Source of the DNA: Toensbergia leucococca
Taxonomy: Eukaryota
Reading direction: 5' to 3'
DNA: 49,466 bases
Assembly: GCA_022813965.1 (NCBI GenBank)
Contig: JALDZS010000174.1
Location: 1 to 49,466 of the forward strand
Of the stretch, positions 11,301 through 21,611 are shown piece after piece. The translations under genes were made by a program, and so were the position numbers. A model generated the notes under the pieces. That model had not been told where the DNA came from and did not search any database. It saw nothing but the letters and a program-made list of their open reading frames with translations. Each line of letters begins with the position of its first letter. Position 1 is the first letter of the stretch.

Positions 11301-14275
11301 TTTGAAAAGTCGTAGAACGTCACATCGGAGATATTCACCGTCGCGGGAAAACCCTTGGGAGCCTCAAGTGCTCGTCTCTGATTGTCAAGGCTGCAGGCCA
11401 CAAGTGCCCTGCTTTGGTCTGGAGTCAGAATGATTTTGCTAAACAATGGTAAAGATCTCAATTGCTCTCGGAGCACTGCTTTTAACGCTAGATCTTGATC
11501 AATTTCTCTGATTTGGGCCCTAGTGAGATCCTCGAGGTGCTGCAGTATCGATACTCTTTGTTCGTCAGATGCAGTAGAAAGAAGCTCTTGGCCTGAGAAG
11601 AGCCAAGAGACAAAAGTGACTAAGTCATCCAAGAAAGCACCACGAAGCTTCGGCTCTGCTCTTGCTTTCTTGGTCAGGAATCTCAAAGCCTTGGGCGAAA
11701 TCGACTCCAAGTCCAGTACCGGGGGAGCTTTCTCTGGTCTCGTAGAAACCATATTCACGATAAGTTTGGAAAGCTTTTCTCCTTCTTGGAACATCAAGAC
11801 TGGAGGAGATTTAGATCCCGGCGCGTACTGTCCAATACCATTCCGTACAGGTACCAACCAAAGAAGATCCAGTGACGGCGGTATACGTTCCTCTTCCTTA
11901 GCTTTCAAATGTACCCAATCCCAGATGTTATGGAGCGTCAAGTCAAGGCCGGGAGACCTTGCTATACAGCGACCGGAGGATGCGAGCTGGTGCACTACGG
12001 GGTAGATCGTACTCCAGTCTGCTAACAAATCAATTAGCTTACGATAACGGATTGAGGTCGCAGTGGAGATGACGGAAATATCTTTCCGCAACAAAGATAG
12101 AACTGGGTCTGTAAGTCGACTGATGTCTAGAGTCGTCTCTCCTCTGGCTCCTCGAAACAAGTTCTGCTCTTTTGCATCCCGTGGAAGCAGTGTTTCCTGG
12201 CCCAGTTTAGACATGCTTCCTGTCAAATTTGGCCAGAATGCGATTTCCTTGAGATCTTTGTATAAGTGAGTTCTTGAAGGTCCAGGTGAGCCAGCATCGA
12301 GACTTATCCTAGCATCGATGAGAGAGTACTCTAAGAGCAAAGATAGATCCTTTGGTGGAATGCCTGAAAGGTTTTGTGACTGAATGAACGATCTTGCGGA
12401 GGAAGAACTTCGGATCTTGGGAATCTTAATAGGTGCCAGTGAGCTTATTCGCGAATTTAGTTTTCGCAGCAAGGATTGGTCAAGATACACAATGGGCATT
12501 TGAACCTGAGCCAAAGCAGATGCATACTCGTCCGATGCTAAAGAAGCATCTGAGAAGAAGCCCTCTGCAATACTAACGCATCTGCTCGCCGTAGTCCAGA
12601 CTGACAGGTTTTGCTTGATGATGACATCAAGCACGGGCTCGTCTAATGTTTGCCATATGCTTGTAGGAGACTCTACTACTTGAGGCCACAGGTTAAAACG
12701 TTCTTCTCGCCATGAGATAGTGTTGCGACGAGCTAGTATACTTGTCCAAGCCGCAGGAACGCAATTTTTGAACAGAAAATCGTTCCATTTGACGGCAAAA
12801 TCGTCAATGTTTGAGCTACGTCCAGAGGATGAGAGACGTCCACGATCTGGTGTAATCGACCATAAACCGTGAATGTGTACCGGTTGGTTGGTCAAAATAG
12901 GGAGTCTCAAGGTAGAGAAGAGCCGTCCATTGAAGGGTTCTACGTTCAAAGGTGCCGCAACAGCGATCCAAGGGAACAGCTTCTCCTCACAGGCCCACTC
13001 GTCCATTGCCTTGTTTCCACTTCCTTTCTTCATTGCATGTTCGATCAAGTAGGAGCATACTTCGCAAGATGAACTTGTAGAGTGCTCTATGTCCAGCTTG
13101 AAGCTTCTTTCAAAACAACCCTTGTTTCGCGATAAAGGTCCGTAAAGATCCTTGAAGCCTTTATGCACTTCTTGTCTAGCCCTACGGAACGTTAGCTTTC
13201 AAGTATACGTACTGTCGTATAAGCAAAGTATAGGGGTCGTGGTGATGATATGTGTTTGATAAGTTGAGATGACAGGCATGCACTTGTGAAGCACTAGGTC
13301 AGAACATACAGCATACTTCCCACGTCATCCTCGAGAATTTGTGTCGTGGACAAAATCTGCTCATCGATTCTCAAGATGATTTTCTTGACGTGCTTAAGAA
13401 ATAGCAGACCTCCTTCCTTCATCTCTTGGCCGAAATCTTCTAGAGCTTCCTTGATCATATCAGCTTTTATCTCGCGTTTTGAAATCTTGCTCCTTGCGGC
13501 TTGGTTGGAGGTCCTCAATGGAACACGGATAATGGTTTGAGAGATTCCTCGGGAGACGTCTGTTTTGAAAGCTGCAAAAGCCTTTAGGTGATTCTGAATC
13601 TCCAGAGACTCCTTATTTGCAGCAATGTCCCATGTAGGACCACCAGGCATTCCAATTATTGGATCATTGGACCAATACTCATGTGGATCAAGAAACAAAA
13701 GCCAGTTTCGAGAAAAGATACAAGGCCCGTCTGTCCAATGATACACCTTAAACTCAATTGTTAGACGTACATCCTTAGTCAACGGGTGAGCTGGCTGATT
13801 TACAGAATTGAATCCTCTGCCAAATTTTCCCGTAGATAAAGCATCATGGCGTTTTATTGAATCTCCAACACTAGAGAGACTGCCGAAGTCGCTGTCGGTG
13901 AATACACTATTGTTTCTGACTAGCAATGCAGGACCTTGGTATCCTTGTAGTCCCTTGTGTAATAGTGGACCGTCGGTGTATTTCCCAGTATCAAGAACAT
14001 ATTCCTAAAGAATTGCATTTCCGGTAAGCGTACATGACTTCTGTTTTTTGGATAGGCTGAGAAAACATGACGCACTATCTCCGTAGCTCCAGCATCATCA
14101 GCGTTCTGCAGCAATTCTCGGAGACATGTCTCTGCAGGGTATGACTCGCAGATGTTCTTGAGCGTTGTAGTGATAGGCTGAGTCTGTTTGATTTGGCTTT
14201 GTCAGTCGTGCAAGAGATTTACAAAAGTGACTTCACCCCCACCTGTTGAAAACTCCTTGCCGGTGGTGGAGCCAT
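5348..14275 (-). CDS. Giant sacsin-like protein (~2,783 aa): two sacsin/Nov-type HSP90-like (GHKL) ATPase modules plus a C-terminal BTB/POZ domain. Exons 14275..14243, 14183..14076, 14004..13804, 13746..13310, 13181..9733, 9529..7296, 7237..5348
   Basis: Six GT-AG introns join the ORFs into one frame of 8,352 nt. Module 1: LKNICESYP...LRELLQNADDAGATEI...YQGPALLVRNNSVFTDSDF...GKFGRGFNSVYHWTD.P...LDPH, then GRLFSTLRLPILTNQPVHIHGLW...DR. Module 2: LGRYSIASTFNEFLANAEDCHA...FQGSALFAYND.VFSEKDF...GMFGRGALTMYHFTD.P...GTLFRFPFR...LPISFHASFAITGDRQ. BTB: LIDVVFEAEGIEKDAHKICMAAVSEYCEKQFSGEW...MVDYVYTG...LLRGADRWMIPRL. Confidence 0.88.
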
Positions 14276-15137
14276 GTCATCCGGTTATCTAGAGACAGCC
14301 GACTGAGGCGGTACGAAATCTCGCTGTAGTTTTAATAAGAAGCGCAGCTGTTCTCAAGAGAGAGGTATCAAATTGCAGCCCATGTGTTAAGTGGGAGTGT
14401 GATCAAGAAAAATTTTCGACAGAACAAGATGGGAAGGCTTTGATTTAGGGGGTTCGATCAAGTACGATGCAACAGAGTGAAGCAGCTTGCCACCCCAAAG
14501 ATCATTACAGGGCTCCTCGTAATAATTGAGTCATGTCTCAGCGCTTCATGCCCTGATTGGTCTGCCTAAGATAAAGGGAGAAAGCGCTGGAAAGCGAGTG
14601 CAGAAAGACTTGGCGATAGCAATGCACAAGACAGCAAACAGGCTTAGAAGAGTTGAGAAGCGGTCTGAATCGAATACATGGGATAAGGCACATTTGCAAG
14701 GTACAAGAGAGACGCTTCCAGCAAATCAACCGTTCTGAGTCGAGCTATAGCACTTAAGGATTGACAAACAAAAGACGTCTCTCTGCTCTGCCTGGCATGA
14801 TTTCGGCGAGCGCGCACTTTTGCCTGTTTCACTGAGGGGCTGTTACACCAGCTATTTGCCATTGGTTGAATTCCTGGATAAGATGCAGCTTCCCGTGCAA
14901 TGTGGAGCAATTCTGGTGTGTCCCGCGTTTCATGCACACGGCGCTTGATTTGATTTGGTTGCTTTGAACGTGGTGGCTGCATCGAGGTGCGCGCAGTGTG
15001 CATGAGATGTAGTCCGAGGTAATCCAAGTCCAATCAACCAGGCGCGCGGCAGCCTGGTGGGCGCCTTAGAATATTTAGACTAGATACGTCATTCCGACCT
15101 ACTACTTCTAGAAATATTAGCGTTCAACCCAAGCAGC

Positions 15138-16061
15138 ATGCCGTCCTCCAACTCCGACTCTCCTCAAAGCTCCATGCCCTCACTCTCGACCTTCCGCACC
15201 GCCTTGCAAGCATTTGCCTCGTCCCCATCTCCTTTTCGAATTCTCCACACCATCCCTATTCCCATCCCCACTTCCAAATCATACCCTACTCCCCACATTC
15301 TCTATGTTCTTGACTCCTCCTTCAACCCCCCAACACTCGCTCACTTGCATATCGCCACCACTGCTATTCTTCAAGATCCTCATGCCCAGTCTCAGGCCCA
15401 AAAACGCCTTCTCCTCCTTCTCGCAACCCAGAATGCAGACAAAGCCCCCAAACCGGCCAGCTACGAACAGCGCCTCATGATGATGACTGCCTTTGCACAG
15501 GATCTGTTGCAGAGGCTGGAGGAAGGGGGCACTCTAGAACAGGAGGAGAAAGTCATTGTGGATGTAGGGGTAACTAAGAAGCCTTATTTCCTTGACAAAG
15601 CGGCTGCAATTGCACAATCAGGAGTCTATGGGGTCGAGGGAACTAGGGAGGAGGTGGAGCAGGTGCACCTTATAGGTTTCGATACCTTGATTAGATTGTT
15701 AGATCCGAAATATTATCCTCCCGATTATACATTACAGCCCCTAGATGGGCTTTTCAAGAAACACCGCTTGCGGGTTACGTATCGGCTGGGAGAGGAGTAT
15801 GGTGGAAAAGAAGGGCAGAGGGGATACTTAGAGGCATTGAGGGAAGGGAAGAGAGAAACTGAGGGTGGGCGAAGGGAATGGGCGGGGGGGATTGAACTTG
15901 TGGAGGGAAGGGGCGAAGGGGAGAAGATAATTAGCTCGACGAGGGTGAGAGAAGCAGCACGGGAAGAAGATAGGGCGATGATGGAGGAACTGGTGACGAG
16001 AAGGGTTGAAGAATGGACTTTGAAAGAGGGTTTATATCTTGAGCATGATGAGATGGTATGA
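15138..16061 (+). CDS. POF1: Cytidylyltransferase-superfamily nucleotidyltransferase (Pof1/NMN adenylyltransferase-like)
   Basis: Intronless 307-aa ORF with LYVLDSSFNPPTLAH (HxGH-like), LLLLLATQNADK, QRL.MM, VGVTKKPYFLDKA, HLIGFDTLIRLLDPKYY and ISSTRVREA. Confidence 0.85.
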   Translation: MPSSNSDSPQSSMPSLSTFRTALQAFASSPSPFRILHTIPIPIPTSKSYPTPHILYVLDSSFNPPTLAHLHIATTAILQDPHAQSQAQKRLLLLLATQNADKAPKPASYEQRLMMMTAFAQDLLQRLEEGGTLEQEEKVIVDVGVTKKPYFLDKAAAIAQSGVYGVEGTREEVEQVHLIGFDTLIRLLDPKYYPPDYTLQPLDGLFKKHRLRVTYRLGEEYGGKEGQRGYLEALREGKRETEGGRREWAGGIELVEGRGEGEKIISSTRVREAAREEDRAMMEELVTRRVEEWTLKEGLYLEHDEMV

Positions 16062-16221
16062 TACCCTGATATGAAGATTTTGATACCTTTGCACTGTAAA
16101 TGGTCTTACACGACACGTCGCCTCTACGAATCCCAAGCTTCTCCTTTTGTGCATGTTTCTTCAACATCTTGTTCCGTGTTATTTATATGGAACAAGGTAG
16201 GCGCCGCTACGGAACCCTTCC

Positions 16222-18130
16222 TTACCACGAAGGTTGAGTCCATTCCAGAAATTCCCTTAGCCTCGATCTATCTACGTCTGTCACAATTCTACTTCGCGCT
16301 AGTTGGAAACATTCGATCAGAAAATCTTCGGTGTCAGCATGGTCTTCTTTCCTAAACAAGATATCATTGTCTCCATCTAGCCCATCGCTACTGAACAGAA
16401 GATCGTCGTCTCGGCCTGTCCTTTCCACTAGCACTTGCGGCTCGTCCAAGAGAAATTCATCCTCCGACATATCATACTTCATCATCAGTCGATCGTCCTC
16501 GAACAAAAGTTCATCATCCAATGCGTCTTCTCCATCCAATAAAGATCCGTCTTCGAGAAAAATGTCCTTGTTCTCTCGTACTGTAAACAGCTCGGACTCT
16601 TCCTGTAGATCGCATACTGACCTGTCATCGAGCATATTCTGAGACTCAATGCTTTGGCTGTATGCTCTATCTGTCAAGTCAAGGGGTTTTGGTCTTCGGG
16701 CCGCAGATCGATTGAAGAGAGTGCGCTGAGTTAACATCCAGATGCGAGCTTTGATAACAGCCAGCATTGAGCGCATTGTGATGTGACACCCTTCCGTCTT
16801 TGGCAAGCCCAGATGTAGCAACTCGGTCTGTTTGACATTCATAAGCCTCTCAATCTTGGCCTTCAATATCTGTGACTTGGCGCGACGATAAAGAGGTGGC
16901 AGGGCACGAGCTATCGTAGGGTATAAGCGACTACGTTGCGAGACTGCCTGTCTTGACCTCCTTAGCTTTTCTATCGATGTCAAGTGTAGCATATCTGAGA
17001 ACACGGAATACTCACAGCCAAAAATCCTGGGCAAAACAAGACTGGTGCAAATTCGGCAAGCTTTGGCGCAGCGGAAGTCTTCGAGATCTTAACTCCAGAA
17101 GAGATGCGAACCCTATCGTCACATATCATTGTACGTAATCCTGCATCTACTAGCTTCACGAAGTCTGTAAAATCAAGTTGCTCATGGATTGGTGACTTGT
17201 CTTCGTTAGACCTTTTAGTACCAATTTCCTTACTGACGAAACCATCCGGGGATGCATCAGAGAAGCAGAAATCGCTTTCCGATACCTTCAGCGGTAAATT
17301 TGCCGGCCTCCAACCGGATTGGCTTCTTTGCTCGTCAACGAAGCTTGTTGGCTGCGAGAATGCTTGGTATTTTGCAGATTTAGCACTCCTTTCTTCGGAT
17401 AACCTGTAAGGTGTTGGCTGGGAATGATGGTATGTCCTCCCGTTCTGTTGTATACTGCCTATCTCTAGAAGCATGTCTTTATCCTCAACTCCTTGGCTAC
17501 ACTGAGAATTCTGTCTTCTTCTCTTGCTGATGTGTCTTGTGCCTTGTGTATTGGAGAATGTAAACGTGATCTTCATCTCCTCCATAAGGAATACTAATAC
17601 ACCATCAGGAGGTCTAGTGTCATAGATGGAATTATAATCGTTATCGACAAAGGGGAGTCCATCGGGGAGAAGATATTTCAGCGAGAGGACGAAGTTCTCA
17701 TTAGAAAATTCAGAACTTGTGATATCTGGAATTTCGAGAGATGCCTGAAGACCAAGATCTAGCCAGATCTGGGCCCACAATCAATTAGCTATGAAAATGT
17801 TAGGGTGATATCAATGACGAGGAGGGAGCCACGCTCCTCGGCGTGACTAACTACCTTTGCATCACGGAGAACAATTCCAAGACCTTCAACAATGGCAGAC
17901 CAGTCGTTATTATTTACAGGAACATCATTAGGATTTATTTTGAAAGAAATTCGAAACCCATGTCCGCGGGCTATCCATGAATTTTGGATAGCGAGAGACT
18001 CGTTCTTCTGAACATTGCATGCATGTTCTTTAGGAAAGGAAAGCTTGGCTGTGCAAGTAGTAGTAAGCTTGATATTGCGCTCGGAATAAATGTGAATAAG
18101 GTGGCCAAATTCTTCTAGTAACGACGACAT
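16222..18130 (-). CDS. Fungal hypothetical protein with an acidic C-terminal region; about 3 exons (18130..~17852, 17768..~17014, ~16948..16222)
   Basis: Three consecutive minus-strand ORFs can be joined by GT-AG introns (...DAKV|IWLDLG...; ...APVLFCPGFLA|AVSQRSRLYPTIARAL...). The tail is D/E/L-rich. No recognisable catalytic motif; exon boundaries are approximate. Confidence 0.65.
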
Positions 18131-18662
18131 GAATAAAAAATATGAAGATATCTCGAAATTCCAGGGAATTTTGGTTGATTTCAAAGAGAGTGAGAATCTC
18201 CTAGCCAACAGTGTAGAATAGCTCCTTCGATGAGTGATGTTCACCACAAATGATTGTCTTTTCATCCCCACTATGTCTCTGATGAATATTGAAACACTCC
18301 ATGGACAGAGTTCTGCACACATGTTGACGTCCAAAGACATTCATGCTGCAGCTACCGTATTCTATTTTGAATTATTACGGGTAGGTACTCTATATTACCG
18401 AGCTTGGTACAAAATAGAACTACGGTCATCATAAATACCTGAATTGGTTTGACCATTCAAGCCCTCCTCTATCAAGTCCCGATTGGCTCCTACATTACTT
18501 GAGATTGAACCTACCTACATTTCATTCATCAAACAGACATCAGTTGCTATTGGTATTATAGCATCATAATATCACTCTCTCGATAGGAGGCAACCTCCAT
18601 CTCGCTGGTATACGGTAGTCTACACCTTGTTGTCCTCGCTCTCTGCGCTCTAGGCGAGCATC

Positions 18663-20382
18663 ATGTCACAGATGCGGGCAGTATCCACTTTTCAACATAT
18701 CAAGACTTCTATAGTAGGGATGAAATATCATCGTCCTGCCTATCAAATAAAATTGCTGCGGACATTTCACACCACTCCCTCGTCCCGTACGGATGGTGTA
18801 TATCCCGCTTTAACTGAGATGCGTGTAAAGACTCCATGGATAGAAGCTTTACGGAAGCAAAGAGAGAGAGGTTTGAACCCAACACAGAAACCTGAGGCCC
18901 CAGGAGCTCTTACCGACCGTGACCTGAGACCTAGGAAGATGTCGGAGAGCTACCATCGAGTGGCATGCTCTCCAATCGTCGAACAGTCAGTGTTTCATTG
19001 ACTGATACAGGCATAGATATTGCCTTTAGCTCGAGATCCTTGGCTTCTAGACAACTATCTCAATGCGAATGGGCACATCAGGTGGGCGTCAACCTGTTAC
19101 ATTGCTGACTCCTAATACTAAGGGAAGTATAGGCTGGGAACTATTTTTATGGACCTTGACGCGTTATCTGGGGTCATTGCGTATAAACACACAGGCGAAT
19201 CTGTCACAACTGTGACCGCAGCTGTTGATCGGATTACTATCAATCACCCTCTTACCGAGTTATGCGACCTGGAATTTTCTGGCCAGGTAACTTATGCTAC
19301 AGGAAGGAGTAGCATGGAGATATCCCTGCAAGTCGCCAAAGCTCCTGAAGCCGGTGCCAAAGTCAAGAAAGATGACATTTTAATGACGTGTGCTTTCACA
19401 ATGGTCTCTTTGAATCCGTCCACCAAGAGGTAATTGCTTTTTCTCTGTTCTGATAGTCACGCTGACTTTTAAAGGCCAGTAGCCATAAGTCCTCTCTTGG
19501 TTGAGTCGGAAGAAGAACAGCGATTGTTTAATGCCGGGGAGAAGAACTCACTTGCAAAGAAAGCTCTTTCCAAGACGGCGTTGCTTAAACAGACGCCCAA
19601 CGATCAAGAGAGCGACTTGATCCATGCTATGTGGCTTAAGCAGCTAGAATATCATGGTACGTACGATCATGGTTTTACCATACAGCATCGCTATACCTGG
19701 AACATTATGGCCCTCTGTAGTCTTTCACTGACGTGTTGCCGGCATGGTAGACCCCAATGTTCTCATTCGTAAACCATCCAACGTGGTGTATATGGATGGA
19801 ACTAAGATGCATTCTTCACAGATAATGCAGCCTCAGTATCGAAACCGGCACAACTTCATGATCTTCGGAGGGTTCCTCCTGAAACAGACCTTCGAGTTGG
19901 CATTCTGTTGCGCTGCGTCATTCTCCCATTCACGACCCACTTTTGTCAGCTTAGATCCAAGCACTTTCGAGAATCCAGTTCCTGTCGGATCTGTTCTGTA
20001 TCTCACTGCTACAGTTGCTTACACTGATCCACCCCTGGTGGGTGCTACTGGTGACGACGAAACGTCATCGGGCGAGCCTCCACAGGCTAATGTCGATTCG
20101 CGTGTACATACTGATTTGGAGTATACGAGGGTGCAAATTCGGATAGACTCGAAAGTGCGCAACGTTGAGCATGGAGAAACCAAACCTACCGGTCAATTCA
20201 ATTATACCTTCCTTGTGGAAAAAGACATCAAGGTCATGCCGAGGACATATTCAGAGTTCATGGTCTGGGTGGACGCAAGGCGAAGAGCGAAGCAGGTGAG
20301 CGCCAGCATAGACGGGTTGGGAGCAGTAGGCAGCAAAAGGCGCAGACAGGATGATGGTCGGGGGGAGCGCATTACTGAATAG
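18663..20382 (+). CDS. Mitochondrial acyl-CoA thioesterase (double hot-dog fold, ACOT9-like), about 5 exons
   Basis: R/S/T-rich presequence-like N-terminus, then MSESYHR(V)|ILPLARDPWLLDNYLNANGHIR|LGTIFMDLDALSGVIAYKHT...VTAAVDRI...GQVTYATGRSSMEI. Second hot-dog domain MQPQYRNRHNFMIFGGFLLKQTFELAF...FENPVPVGSVL. Confidence 0.9.
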
Positions 20383-20875
20383 TGTTTTTGAGAAGTGTCT
20401 ACACTTGATAGTCGTCTCACTTCTAAGTCAACCCGGAGCAATCGCAATTGACACATGTACTCCTTTTTTCTCTGAAATCAGCTTGCATGGGCAATTACCT
20501 GGCTATGCAATTAGTTCCCAAGTTTTCAAGACAAGGTACTAATTCAACCATCATTTCCTTGAATCTGTATAACTTTCTCCATAAGTGTAAAATTACAACG
20601 ATAGGGTTCTACTGTGTTGATACCTACAGCGATAATTTTGAATGCTGATTGAATGGTATTTAGCAATTAGGTAGTTGATTAGCAGGAGGTACTCGAGGGA
20701 CTGTACTACAATGGTGGTGATAGGGTTTTTCGACCCTCGGCCCGAATTTGGGTCCGTCAGAAAAGTCCGGCGAAAACAGGGTTTCGACCATCTGAACTTT
20801 GGCACCTTTCCTGGGACCAGTCCAAAGATCGACGAACAGGCTCGAAGTCACATCGCTGTGGTAAGTTGAACTAAT

Positions 20876-21611
20876 ATGTCACTCACTAATATCTGGCATC
20901 TACGCAAAGTTGCCGAGACTTTGCCAAAGGCCTGTGACATCTGCTACAAGCCTACGACGAGCGTGTTGATCACTCCGGATAAAAAGGTATATAGCTATAT
21001 GGCCATCACAATACGTCCAAGGGCAATAATGATGGCTTGTAGGACTATTTCTATGTGTGCCAAGGTCACCTGAAAGACCGCGGCTTCTGTTCTTCAGTCG
21101 GCGACGACGCTGAAGCTGCTGCTCGGAAGAAAAAAGAGGAGATGGACCGAGAGATTGAGCTGGTCAAAAAGGAGTACGAGGAGAAGATCGAGAAAAAGAG
21201 GAAGAAGGCCAAAGAAAAAAAGAACGTAGACGAAGATGAGAAGAAGGCAGACAATGAAAATGAGAGGGCAGAGAAAGATAAAGATGAGAGGGTAGGTCGT
21301 TCAGAAACACTAAATCCGGAAGTCCAGTACTCACCATGCTCGTTGTTTGGAGATCAAGCAAATCACCAGTCAAGGGGTAGCGCCCACAAATAATGAAGAC
21401 ATTCCTCGCGTGTTCTCCCTACAAAAGTATCAAGCCCATGTTACTTAGTCTTGGGCCTCGTTGTGTGGGCTTGGAGTCTGACTTGCGGTACAGAGTCTTC
21501 TATCAAAAGCGCTTAGATCGAATACGAAATGCCGAGATGGCAAAGAGGAATCGAGAGCGCGCCAAAAATCCAACGGTGTTCCCGTCGGTACCAACTGGCG
21601 GTCTGGGTTGA
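20876..21611 (+). CDS. VFA1: Vps4-associated protein 1 family (DUF1742), about 4 exons
   Basis: NIWHLRKVAE...KACDICYKPTTSVLITPDKK|DYFYVCQGHLKDRGFC, a K/E-rich coiled coil, then PRVFSL...|FYQKRLDRIRNAEMAKR...FPSVP. Confidence 0.85.

Noticed and set aside
5348..13926. Treating the 607-, 762-, 1146- and 210-aa ORFs as separate genes or an operon
   Set aside because: Canonical introns with branch points join them in frame, and sacsin module 2 is split across two of the ORFs.
14526..15033. Short ORFs between the sacsin-like gene and POF1
   Set aside because: No motifs or splice support; they fall in a divergent promoter region.
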